A stretch of 64,000 nt of DNA from Macrostomum lignano (Eukaryota), in the NCBI GenBank assembly GCA_002269645.1, contig NIVC01003082.1, forward strand, positions 1-64,000, written 5' to 3'. Positions within the stretch are counted from its first letter, which is position 1, and the number at the start of each line of letters is the position of its first letter. The position numbers were made by a program, and so were the translations under genes. Under the pieces are notes generated by a model. The model searched no databases. It saw only the letters and a list, made by a program, of their open reading frames with translations, and was not told where the DNA came from. Of this stretch, positions 23,861-37,200 are shown piece after piece.

Positions 23861-24850
23861 CATGTACACTTATGTAAGTGTACAGTGCCTTTTTGCAGTC
23901 AGTGTGATCTCAGAAGTTGACTTAATCCAGGGTGGCAGAACGCTACACTCAAGACAACTGCTGCCTCTAGTCTAGTCTATGGTCGAAAGTTTTACTAAGA
24001 CTTAATCTTTACAGCATTAACTCAGCCCATTTTCCTCATTTTGGATCTCTCCTTTGAATCTGGTTAATCCAAAGTAAATTGTTTACATGGTTTACCATTG
24101 GGCCGATAAAGAAATTTTAGTTCTGACTTTTTTGCACATAGTTCTTTTGCGTGTAATTTTTTGCTTAAACCAAATGAACAGATGTAGAGATTTGATGAGT
24201 GTCTAAAAACTTTTTGACTTGCGCTAAAGTACGAATAGTAATGAGTAGGAAATTAAAATTTCTAAATTGTCTACTTTGTGCAAATTCATAATTTTTGTCA
24301 ATCTAGAAATTGCGAAACAAACACATGGACCCTCTGAGAACGTGATTTTAAAAAGTCTGTTGTCCTTCAGAATGACCTTCAAAAGCTTCGACAAAGCACA
24401 TTTTTGGATAAATACTGATTTAACTTTATTCCGATATGATTATGTCTAAGCAATATTTAGTGTCTTTTACGAGTACGACAGGTACTTTTTACTGCATTAT
24501 ATGTTTACCCATGTTATAAAAAATAAACTAGACTTATCTCAATAATACGCGAAAAATACAAGCTACTTCAATTTTTGTTTTAAATACAACCTTAAAAGGG
24601 CTTGAACATTCTACAGTAGGAGCCAGTATACTTACTTACTGAAAAGCTAAATTCAAGACGGACTAAAGACAATCAAATAAAATAAATATTGAAGCCGAAT
24701 CATAAAAGCTTTTGTTAGAGTACAAATTCAAGCAGTTGCATCAATTGCATTTATTCATTAATATCCTGATATTTAAGCGTCTTAAATACGCAATACGAAG
24801 TTTCATACTAAAAATGCCGATAGTCCTAACAGTTATTGAAATGTCAAGCC

Positions 24851-26406
24851 TCAGACCACCAGCCTAACCAGACTGTTGTCACTCTCGTGCCCGGCGCCCG
24901 ATGAATTCGCCGACTCAACTGACGAAGCATTGGAATCTAGTCGCTGACGTTCGCGACTTATTTGATTGCGCTTCCTCCGCTTCGAAGCGCGACTGTCTTC
25001 TTTGGCCAGTAGGCCAATTCTACTGGGCGTTTCAGCTTTGCGAGACTTTTTCTTGCGAGCTTGCCGAGGCGGCGGCATCACCCGGCCCTGCGGAACAAAA
25101 AAGTCAGCGTATACTTTAAATTTTTGCATGACACAGTGCGTTTATTGTGTTAAATGCATCGTTGAATCTTCGAAGACACCCGAACTTGTACCATAGACTG
25201 AGCTAACTGCAAAGCTAGTGACGTCAAAGGCGCAGTCATGTGTGCAATAATTTTAGATTGTGTCTATGGTTCTGGAGATAGACAATGGTATATTGTGTCT
25301 ATGGTTCTGGAGACAGACAATGGTAGATTGTGTCTATGGTTCTGGAGACAAACAATGGTAGATTGTCTATGGTTTTGGAGGTAGACAATGGTACAAGTGG
25401 TTTTGTCACAGAAAATGATTAATTTGAGTGACTAGTGGCTCGCCACTCGTGAAAATTTAATCATTGTCCTAATCTATAATAATCTAAGGAGAGCATTTAT
25501 TAGAGATTTTAGAGATTATCTGAATAATTTAAAGAAATCATAGAAGAAATGTGCCGATTTCTTTTTGTGTGAGAACTTGTCAGAACATTCCGGACGACGC
25601 ACGTAGGTTGTTGTGCATCAAACACGTTGTGGCCATAGACAAAAAACCCGTTGTGACCGATGTATTAAAAAACATGGATTTGGCAGTCCATCCAAGGCGA
25701 CCTCAATACTCTCTGAGACTAATATTCTGAAAAGATGTTTAGAAATCACCTGATCGTGCAGCGTCAAATGCAGCTTCAGTTTCTGCTGAGTGCACAGACT
25801 ATAACTGCATCCTGGCCTTGGACAAGGAAATCTGACTCCAAGATGACGCGATCGAATGTGCTGCTGCAAATTTCTAGCTAGAGTGTACGCTTTGCCGCAG
25901 CCAACGTAAGGACAAGAATGCCGAGGAGTTGACGGTCCAGCTTCAGTGGAACTATTAGAGCAATGCGCCGAGTTCAAGTGGCCTTTTAGCAGGGCTTTGC
26001 AAGCCAGACGGACGCCGCACTGTGGACAGTCAATCTCTGCCGGATGCTCCAAAGCGCGATGCCGACGCAGAGCGCTGTAGCCGACAAATTCAGCGTCGCA
26101 GTCGGGGCACCGACGAACGGCGTGCCGACGCTGATGCCGGGCCAGCTTCGACTGGCAGACGAACAGTCGATGACAGCCAGGATGAGGACACGGCAGGCAC
26201 AGGCTTGACGCTTTGTGCACCACAGCTCGGTGAGCGGCCAGTTGCTTCTTCTGACGGAATCCGTTGTCGTAGGCGTTGCTGAACGGTGGACAGTCCGGGC
26301 AGTGGTAGCGCTTGGGCGAGCGCTTTTCTTTACCAGCTCTCTTACTAGCGGCATGGCCTGCATCGAGGCTGTCACTGACTGACGATTCGTCTGCAGATTC
26401 TGCCAT
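24851..26406 (-). CDS. GTF3A: TFIIIA-like C2H2 zinc-finger protein with six fingers (equivalent to fingers 4-9), about 297 aa
   Basis: Exons 26406-25750 and 25087-24851, with CAG|GTGATT donor and TTCCGCAG|GGC acceptor (phase 0). CPHPGCHRLF...KLARH matches TFIIIA finger 5 and CPYVGCGKAYTLARNLQQHIRSRH matches finger 8. Basic NLS and SRIG after the last finger resemble the TFIIIA KRSLASRLTG region. The symbol denotes family, not proven orthology. Confidence 0.75.
25257..25395. repeat. About 35-bp tandem repeat (about 4 units) in the zinc-finger gene intron
   Basis: ATTGTGTCTATGGTTCTGGAGACAGACAATGGTAG units. Confidence 0.85.
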
Positions 26407-27344
26407 AGTTTAGCCGGTCAATATGACTGAACAATTGTCTGTCTTTGATAACTCAACTCCATGCAGCAATGCTGTTGCGGTTCAGAAAGCAAATGAAGTT
26501 AACTCTTCTTAATAAATTAGAGCGGCTAGTTTGTGGGACATCGGGGATAATCTGCTTAGATCGGGGCAGAGTAAAGCACTGAGAGTAGTGGGATGGGGGG
26601 TTTAGTCGCGTTGGGACAAGCCTATTTTAATTTTATATGAAATTTACAACAGGAGGCCATATTAAAGCAATAATAAAACAAAATCGATTGATTTATTAAA
26701 TGAAAAAGCGCACAGCAAATATTCGTATGTTACTACTTGTGCGTCGACAAATTTAAGTAGCATATTCGGTACATACAGGTTGGACCAGCCGATCAATTGT
26801 AAAAAGCAGACCTGCAATAAGTTTAGTCTTTTGCAATAAAATTATGTTGGAAATAGGGCTTTAAATGCTCTAAAAGACAAATATTATTAAATATGTACTG
26901 TTGAATCACTCAGTGATGCAAATTTCATACATAGAAAAGCTACTTCAGACACATAAGTTTGTAATTGAAAAACATGTATTTGTAACCCGCTATGCACAGC
27001 AGCGTTTGGAATGCAATGTGTGAGATTTATTGTAATTATTTGTATTATTAATATTATAGAGTACTGCTGACGATACCTTATTATACTACTTGTCCTTAGT
27101 AGGCTGGATACTATCTATTCTAATGAATTACACACTAAAAGAAAATTCGCAAAAAAGCAAACAAGACAGTAGAAATAATTGGCATTAAAAATAAGCAAAG
27201 AATGGAACGGAGGCTGTTGACATTATTGACAATAAAATTCCATTCATTATTTAATTAACTGTATTCTTTACAAACAATTAAAACAATGAAAATGTCTACA
27301 TTTAGTTAATATAGCTATTGAAATCCAATGAAGAGAACTCTATA

Positions 27345-28200
27345 CTGCCATTCAATCTCCACTCAAAGCCAGCCAGACAATATTGCCATTCACTCTCCAC
27401 TCAAAGCCAGACAATATTGCCATTCACTCTCCACTCAAAGCCAGACAATATTGCCATTCACTCTCCACTCAAAGCCAGACAATATTGCCATTCACTCTCC
27501 ACTCAAAGCCAGACAATATTGCCATTCACTCTCCACTCAAAGCCAGACAATATTGCCATTCACTCTCCACTCAAAGCCAGACAATATTGCCATTCACTCT
27601 CCACTCAAAGCCAGACAATATTGCCATTCACTCTCCACTCAAAGCCATAGACAATACTGCCATTCACTCTCCACTCAAAGCCAGACAATATTGCCATTCA
27701 CTCTCCACTCAAAGCCATAGACAATACTGCCATTCACTCTCCACTCAAAGCCAGACAATATTGCCATTCACTCTCCACTCAAAGCCATAGACAATATTGC
27801 CATTCACTCTCCACTTAAAGCCATAGACAATACTGCCATTCACTCTCCACTCAAAGTCATAGACAATATTGCCATTCACTCTCCACTCAAAGCCATAGAC
27901 AATACTGCCAATTCACTCTCCACTCAAAGCCATAGACAATACTGCCAATTCACTCTCCACTCAAAGCCATAGACAATATTGCCATTCACTCTCCACTCAA
28001 AGCCATAGACAATATTGCCATTTACTCTCCACTCAAAGCCATAGACAATACTGCCAATTCACTCTCCACTCAAAGCCATAGACAATATTGCCATTCACTC
28101 TCCACTCAAAGCCATAGACAATACTGCCAATTCACTCTCCACTCAAAGCCATAGACAATACTGCCAATTCACTCTCCACTCAAAGCCATAGACAATATTG
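27345..28200. repeat. 34-37-bp minisatellite between TBC1D31 and the zinc-finger gene
   Basis: TCAAAGCC(AT)AGACAATATTGCCATTCACTCTCCAC, about 25 units. Confidence 0.95.
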
Positions 28201-28263
28201 TCATCCATATTCGCACTTGATTATTTTTCCTACTTATTGGATCACCCCTCAAAGCTCAGCGCC

Positions 28264-31200
28264 TCAGTAGCTAGATTGACTGGTCGTGGTAGTCGCATCG
28301 TCATCGTCATGACCTTCAGCGTTAGCAGCGGCGGCCGCTACAGCGGCTTGCAGGGACGCGGCAGTGCCAGCATTAAGAGCGGATTTTTGCTTCCTGACCG
28401 CGGCACTACCGCTGGTTTTCAGCCGGTCTCTAGCGGCCTGCAGCCGGTCCAATAGGCGACCAACGTCGGCTTCTAGGCGACCATTGTCCTGGCAGACGCC
28501 TTCCAGCTCGGAGACCAAGCCGAAGCCGGCGCTGGCGCCGCCAGACTGCGGCATCAGTCCCGGCGAGCCGTTGTCATCGTAGTCATCGTCAAGGCCGTCA
28601 GCTTCGTCGTCTATGATGTCATCTTCAAGATCAGCCGCGGCAGTCTGTCGCTGCCGACGGCCCAGCTGGTCGCCTAAGCGTTGAGCTTCAACCTGACGAT
28701 GCCGGGACTGCAGCGCTCGCAGTCGTTGTCGTTGAGCAGTGAGAGCGGCCAACTCGTCAACTCGGGCCCGACGCTGCTCTGCTGCCAGTTGGCGCCGCTG
28801 CTCGCGTAGAGTTGTCTCCTCCTGGGCGAGCATCGCTCGGCGACGCTCCTCGGCAGCCAGCAGGAGCTCCTGTTGGCGGCACCAGGCGGCCTCTTCAGCT
28901 CGTTGAGTCTCCGAACGACGCTGGGCTGTTTCCAGGGCCCTGCGCTCCTCCAGGTAGCGTCGCTCCTCTTCGCGGAGTCGGTCGCGTTCGCGCACCTGCA
29001 TGAGTTCAGGGGGTATTTTTTTAGGAACCAATCGGGGAATTCCTTACAAAGGCTGGAACTCTAGAAAGGCTTTAATTTAAACTTTGACATATTTCTCATT
29101 TAGTTTAACTTTAAAGATGGTTTTTAATTTTGATTTCTAAAAAATTATTTAAGGTTTATTGTTAGGGGGAATTCCAGAAGGTTCACTGTTAGCAGAATTC
29201 CCCAACGTTCATTTTTAGGAGGAATTCCTAAAAATATTCCTAAAATTTAGGAACTCACAAGGCTTATCGCTAAGGGGAATTCCTAAGGTTTACCGCTAAG
29301 GGGAATTCCCAAGGCTTATCGCTAAGGGGAATTCCCAAGGTTTACCGCTAAGAGGAATTCCCAAGGTTTATTGCTAAGGGGAATTCCCAAGGTTTATTGC
29401 TAAGGGGAATTCCCAAGGTTTATTGCTAAGGGGAATTCCCAAGGTTTACCGCTAAAGGGAATTCCCAAGGTTTATTGCTAAGGGGAATTCCCAAGGTTTA
29501 TTGCTAAGGGGAATTCCCAAGGTTTACCGCTAAAGGGAATTCCCAAGGTTTATTGCTAAGGGGAATTCCCAAGGTTTATTGCTAAGGGGAATTCCCAAGG
29601 TTTATCGTTAAGATGAATTCCCATTGTTTATCGCTAAGGGGCATTCCCAAGGTTAATTGCTTTAATTTTTATTTTAAGCCAAGATGGGAATTATACAAGT
29701 AGCACCACCAACCTGATAGTCCACAATAAACACCGGATAGCGATTGAACAGCGGGTACTGCGGCCCGCCCAGCGGTGCGAATGCGGGCAACAGACGACAG
29801 GGACAGATCTCGGGCGGAGTTCGAGTCCTGAGCTGGCGGGCCTGCTTCACCAGATCCCTGGCGCCTAGGCAACCGGGCTGGCGATAGTACAGCTCGAATT
29901 CGCGCACCTGTGTGCATTGATATCGATTTCTATTGATTAAATCCCTAAGTTACTCACTAATCTTGTACCTAAGCTTGTATCAGATAGCTAAATCCTAGAT
30001 GCAAAGATTCTTTATTGCCAGATCCCGAATCAGATATTCTAAATCTTGGATCCCATATTGTAGATCCCGGATCCCATATTGTAGATTTCGAATCCCATAT
30101 AGCAGATCCCGAATCTCATATTGTAGATCCCGAATTTCATATTTCAGATCCCGAATCCCATTTTGGAGATCCCGAATGCCCTATTTTAGATCTCGAATCC
30201 AATTTTGGAGATCCCGAATGCCTTATTTTAGATCTCGAATCCAATTTTGGAGATCCCGAATGCCTTATTTTAGATCCCGAATCCCATATTGCAGATCCTG
30301 AATCCTATATTGCAGATCCTGAATCCCATATTGAAGATCCCGAATCCCATATTGCAGATCCCGAATCCCATATTGCAGATCTCGAATCCTATATTGCAGA
30401 TCCCGAATCCCATATTGCAGATCCCGAATCCCATATCGCAGATCCCGAATTCCGTATTGCAGATCCCGAATCCCATATTGCAGATCCCGAATCCCATATC
30501 GCAGATCCCGAATTCCGTATTGCAGATCCCGAATCCCTTATTTTAGATCCCGAATCCCATATTGCAGATCCTGAATCCTATATTGCAGATCCTGAATCCC
30601 ATATTGAAGATCCCGAATCCCATATTGCAGATCCCGAATCCCATATTGCAGATCTCGAATCCTATATTGCAGATCCCGAATCCCATATTGCAGATCCCGA
30701 ATCCCATATCGCAGATCCCGAATCCCATATTGCAGATCTCGAATCCTATATTGCAGATCCTGAATCCCATATTGAAGATCCCGAATCCCATATTGCAGAT
30801 CCCGAATCCCATATTGCAGATCTCGAATCCTATATTGCAGATCCTGAATCCCATATTGCAGATCCCGAATCCCATATTGCAGATCCTGAATCCCATATTG
30901 CAAATCCCGAATCCCATATTGCAGATCCCGAATCCCATATTGCAGATCCTGAATCCCATATTGCAAATCCCGAATCCCATATTGCGGATCCCGAATTCCG
31001 TATTGTAGATCCAAATCGCATATTGCAGATAACAAATTTACATAATTTGTATCCAAAAGCCCACAGTTGAAACATAAATCTTTGAACGAGCATTAAGAAA
31101 ACGGTTCACACTTAAGCACACCATAGATACTACTTATTAACAAACCTCAGTAGCGCGCAGCAGCGGCCCCCTACTCAGCAGAGTAAACCCGGCCACAAAG

Positions 31201-34200
31201 TACAGCAGATAGCCTGGCGGATGGCACAGCAGGCAGTCCCACACGGAAAGCCATTCTTCTCTAGTCAGTACTTCCGTAAGCAGAGTCTGCAACAGCGGCC
31301 AAGCCAGAATCTCCGAGGTGACACCCCTGGCGCACAGGTGAGCATAGAGCTCCTTATCGTGATAGGCAATTAGATTCTCAATGATTGCCAGAATATTCAA
31401 TGGCGGATTAGGAAAATATTCGAACCAATGACCGCACCAGTTAGTGAGCACAGTCATGAGCACTTCCATGGAGTGCAGTTGACTATTTTGAAACAGTTTA
31501 ACGAACGGAAACGCTAGCAAAGGCAGATAGTCGGCCTCGCCAAACAGAGGACTCCAGAAAGCTACACAGCTCAAAGACCGTTGCAACACCCTGCCTAGCT
31601 TGTTGCTACGCAGAGGGAATCGGTCTTGCAGAGTGAGAAACGCGGGATGGATGCCTTTGTTATAGAGCGCATTAAAAGCGGCGGTGTTCTCTGGCAGTTG
31701 AAGCAGAGTCTTCCAAATTAATAGGCGGTATTTTCCAGGAAACTGCCCGAATTCCTGCAGTATGGCTCGCAGCCTCTTGCGATTTAGCGGCTGAGGCTGC
31801 GGCAACTGCTGCTGCTGCTGTTGCTGCGATTGCTGCTTTGAAGACTTTGTTGGAGACACTGAAATGAAGTATTTGAAGTGCATATATATTAGTTTGCCTA
31901 CTCTGTACTGTATTTGATGAAATAAAATACATTGAAACTGTAGGTAAATGGTAGGCCGAACAGGGGGAGTTGCTGAGATGCCAAGGCTCATGGGGGAATT
32001 GCTAAGATGTCAAGGCTCATGGGGGAATTGCTAAGAGGTCAAGGCTCATGGGGGGAATTGCTAAGAGGTCAAGGCTCATAGGGGGAATTGCTAAGAGGTC
32101 AAGGCTCATGGGGGGAATTGCTAAGATGTCAAGGCTCATGGGGGGAATTGCTAAGAGGTCAAGGCTCATAGGGGGAATTGCTGAGATGTCAAGGCTCATG
32201 TGGGAATTGCTGAGATGTCAAGGCTCATGGGGGAATTGCTAAGATGTCAAGGCTCATGGGGGGAATTGCTGAGATGTCAAGGCTCATGTGGGAATTGCTG
32301 AGATGTCAAGGCTCATGTGGGAATTGCTGAGATGTCAAGGCTCATGTGGGAATTGCTGAGATGTCAAGGCTCATGGGGGAATTGCTGAGATGTCAAGGCT
32401 CACGGGGGAATTGCTGAGATGTCAAGGCTCATGTGGGAATTGCTGAGATGTGAGACGTTCTTACCTCCGCCCCCAGCAACAGCAGCCCTGCCAGACACAA
32501 TCGTATAAGTCCTGCCAGTGTCTCCGCCGGAGTCGGTAGCTGTCGCAGCAGTCCGGTCTGTCCGATCCGTCACGGGCTCAGCCGCCGGCCAGGCTGCGGC
32601 ATCAGCGGCCGCCGCGGCAGCAGCTGCGGCATTGGCGGCCGCCCTGGCACTCATGGCCGCCCTGGCAGATTCGGGTCTCAGCGCGGTAGTCAGGCAGTGG
32701 ATCAACAGCTGCCCAGAGCTTACCAATGCTAGGCGATCTTTTGTCACGGCCAGTCTGGTCACGTGACTATCGGCAGATTGCAGCCGATTGGTCAGGGTTG
32801 CACCGGATGACCTGCCGCCGCCGGCGCCCAGGCTGACGCAGACAACGCCGCCCGAATGCGCCACGGCTAGTAGAGCAAGTGACCGGCGCTGATGCTGGGC
32901 CGAAGATGAAGATTTCAATCCAGCATCAGCTTCAGTTTCAGGCAAATTCACGGATCTGACAGCGTCAGACGAACTGGCAAAGGCCACCTGACAGGTGTGA
33001 AGAGGTCAAAGTAAATTCATATTTCACATGGAGTCTGCAAACCTGAACCTACAAAACCTGAAACCCAATCACCTGAACCTACAAAACCTGAAACCAAATC
33101 ACCTGAACCTACAAAACCTGAAACCCAATCACCTGAACCTACAAAACCTGAAACCAAATCACCTGAACCTACAAAACCTGAAACCCAATCACCTGAACCT
33201 ACAAAATCTGAAACCCAATCACCTGAACCTACAAAATCTGACACCAAATCACCTGAACCTACAAAATCTGAAACCCAATCACCTGAACCTACAAAATCTG
33301 AAACCCAATCACCTGAACCTACAAAATCTGAAACCCAATCACCTGAACCTACAAAATCTGAAACCCAATCACCTGAACCTACAAAATCTGATAAATGAAT
33401 CCAGCTGCACTCCCTCATCACCTGTCTTAGCGGGCAGAGCTGCATTCCCACACTAGCTGGCAGCTCCAGAACCCTGGCCATCTGCAGGCTATCCAGATCC
33501 CACACGTGCACCTGTCGAGTTCGACCGCAGGCTACAAGCTGGCGACCGTCGGGTGTGAAGTCCAGGCTGCGATAGCGAGGGCCCAGCTCGGCTGTGGATA
33601 TTTTGCCAGAGGGAATGACTGGTTAGCGAGTAGCGAGTCAAAATTGAGTGAAAATCTAAGAGAAAGCATATTGAATACATAAATGAGTGATAGGTTAAAC
33701 AAAGACTGACGGATCGATTATTGCCACGTTTAAAGGAGTGACACATAAAGGAGTACCACAACAAAGAGTCGGAATATTAGGTACCAGACCAGAGTCGGAA
33801 AAACACCAGAACAAAGAGTCGGAAAAACACCAGAACAAAGAGTCGGAATAATAGAGTCGGAACAAAGAGTCGAATAGTTCGGAACAAAGAGTCGGAACAA
33901 TAGGTACCAGAACAAAGAGCCTGAATAAAACAGGAACAAAGAGCCTGAATAATACCAGAACAAAGAGTTGGAACAATAGGTATTAGAACAAAGAGCCTGA
34001 ATAGTACCAGAACAGAGTCGGACTAAGTTGGAAAAACATCAGAATAAAGAGTTGGAATAACACCAGAACAAAGAGCCTGAACAATAGGAGAACAATGGGC
34101 TGGAAAATATCAAAACAAAGTCTTAGGCCTGAAATAAGAGGAAAACGATCATCAGAAAAGAACAAAGAGTCACAGGATTAAAAAAGCAAGAACCGCACCA

Positions 34201-37200
34201 GAGATAATCCCGTCTGACATATTGGCATCCAGCCACTTACCCTCAGCGCCAGTGGACAATCCGGACAGCTGCAGAGGCGGCGGCGGAGTGGGCAGCTGAC
34301 CCCTGCACTGCAGCGTCTCCGAGTCCCACAGAAACAGGCTGTCGTCGCGAAAGGCGGTCAAGATCAAATTCCTAGTTGGCACAAAGCTGGCTAGCAATAA
34401 CTGCACATCTTCGCGTACGCTCAACCGACGCAGTCTAGACCGAGCGTCGACATCCCACAGCAGGGTGACGTCGGGATCTGTGGTGAGCACGTAGCGACCG
34501 CCAGAATGAGGGCTGATGCCAGTAACCGCGGCAGAGTGCCCGCTGAGACTTGCCAGCTCGCTGGCGGGCCCCGAGCCGCTCTGCCCGATTGCCAGCAGGC
34601 GGACATCGCCGTCGGCTAAGGCGGCGAGAAATTGGCGACGATCTCGGAGGCCGAAGGAGAGCGCAGTGCACGGGTGACGGGTGTGCAGGACGTGCTCGAA
34701 TCTGGGGACAGATAATATAATAATATAATAATTGATTACACCTGCCCTAATAGGCAGATGTGCAACCGACAGCTCAGCCGCAGCTATTCCAAGGACTGGG
34801 GGGTCGCCACACACACACACACACCCTCAATTATCCCCAGCTAATGCTGGCACCCATTTTACAGCTGGGTGAACTGAAGGAATGCAGAGTTAAGTGTTCC
34901 GAGTGGGATCGGGAATCGAACCCCTGGCTACAGTACAGTCCCTACAACCCCTCTCGTGGGGAGAGAGTAGAGCGCACACATTAACAACGGCCCTGACACA
35001 GAAGCTCCAAACTAATGTTGCTGAGCAGGGCTGTCGTGGTGCGAGCCGCTGGGGAGAGCTCACTGACCCATTAGATGAAAGAGACTAGCGAATTGTATCT
35101 GAGACTTCCAAGCAAGCATAATTTTAAAAAGTTTACACACACCTGCCGCGTCCAAAGTCGAACAGATAAAAGTGGCCGAGATGATCGGCAGCCAGAAGGC
35201 GCTGCCCAGACTGATCAAAAGCTACCTGGGTGAAATGGCCAACCTGAGGATGCGCCCTTTGTCCACTGCTGTATCCACTGTTTTGCACTACAAGCTGCAG
35301 CCTAAAAATTAATAAAAAAGAAGCCTTGTGATAAAATTGAATTAGAATCACTGGAGACACACCAGGACTAAGAGAGTGGGAGACTGCCCTAAACAATATG
35401 CTCTAGGGAAAAGACACCTTAGTAACATATAAGCTACAATATCAATGTCAATATCAAAATAATGCCCAGTGGCTGCGTGTGTACATTCTTCTGACCCTGG
35501 CTGAATGGCGGACTGCATAGACAATTGCTATTTATAGATTTCTCTTAATTGTGCATTGGCTCTGCCAGCACCAAACCTGTGCACACTGAGCGGCCTATCA
35601 CTGCTATGTATTTGACTGCAGTGCTGAAGAATATATGGCTGATTTTTGCGCCCTCCCATCAGTAGGCGGAATAACTACAGTGAAGGCACTAGGACTAGGT
35701 TTAGGTTTAGGCTAGGCATGAGGTCCAAGGTTCAAGTCTGCCTCCCTGGCAGATAATTAAAAATTAAATAAATAATTCATTTGTGGCTTGTGCCTTGACT
35801 AATTGGAATATTTTTTGATTAATTAGCAAGCCACACTCAAGGAGCTATTTTTGACATTTGGCATAAGTTGCTAAGCAAATTTGGTTTGTAAAAAACTGCT
35901 TTGTATACTACTGATCCCATCAATGGGTATTGCCTAGCTCTATGAAAGTTTGAAATTTCTACTTTGCTACTAACTGCAGATGATGCTGCTAAACAAATAA
36001 ACTGATTTCAAAGCCTAGGAGAAAGTTACTTTAATGCTAAGGCCCAAGGCTAATGGGAGGGGGGAATTGCTAAAATGCCAAGACTCACTTATGGGTTAGG
36101 GTTTGAGGCTTTGGGTCAGTTTTGTTCAATCATAGAATAACCACTCTATCAAGCATCAATTAAAGACTTTCTAAGATGGGAATTACTAAGATTCCCATCT
36201 TAGTAATGGGAGTCGGGGGAATAGGAGAAGCTCATGGGGGAATCGCTGAGTTGACAAGGCTCATGAATAAATTGCTTGGCTATCAAGCCTCATAAGGGGA
36301 TTGCTGAATTCTTGGGGGAGGGGGTTTGGTTTTTGGGGTATCAAGGCTTACTGAGGGAATTTCTGAGATGTCAAGGCTTACTGAGGGAATTTCTGAGATG
36401 CCAAAGCTTACTGGGGAAATTACTCAGGTGTCAAGGTCTACTGGGGAATTGCTGAGATATCAAGGCTCATGGGAGATAGCTTGATTGTTGGGGGGAGGGG
36501 TTGGGTTGTTGAGCAATTATTAGATTGTCAAGTAATATGGCTGAAATAGCTCATTTAATTCAGATAATAAAACAGTATATATAAATGATACTTATTTCTT
36601 CTAATAGGAAATACTGGCATATTTATTTAAAGTTTGGTTCTTTGAGTTTGGCTAATAAATAGAGATCTAAGACTCTTAGGAATTGGCATATGGAGCTCTT
36701 GCTGCGGACCAGAATATGCCTAGGCCAATGATGATATGCATTAAGTAAAGAGTTTATGCTTGAAAGGATAAGCACTATTTGCTGATTGAGAAAATGGTTT
36801 TGGACTAATTAAGGAAACTTTTTTTGGCTGATGAAAGTTTTGATTCATGGCAATTTAGTTTTGCCAAAAATAAGAAAAAATAATTTTTGAATAATGGAAC
36901 ATTTTGGATAATTAGTAAGGTTACTCTTGGGCCAAAATAAAAACCACTTAGCTTCATTTTTGAGCCCCCTCCCCCCAGCAAGGGGCTAAATGGCTAGTAA
37001 TATACTATTAACAAATTGTTTATTTAGGATATTATTGCTCTCTCTAGAGCGTTATAGACATTCAAGCAAGCAAGCAAGCATACAAATATTAGAGATTTAG
37101 TATATTTAGATATAGTGAAAGTGAATATAAGGACTGTGCTTTAATAAGCTATAATATAGCCTAAGTAGGATTTTTACAACTGGCTATAACTAGTCCAATT

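Noticed and set aside
30015-31070. 351-aa ORF (DPESHIA repeats) and overlapping ORFs
   Set aside because: A 21-bp minisatellite in TBC1D31 intron 6, open in several frames on both strands.
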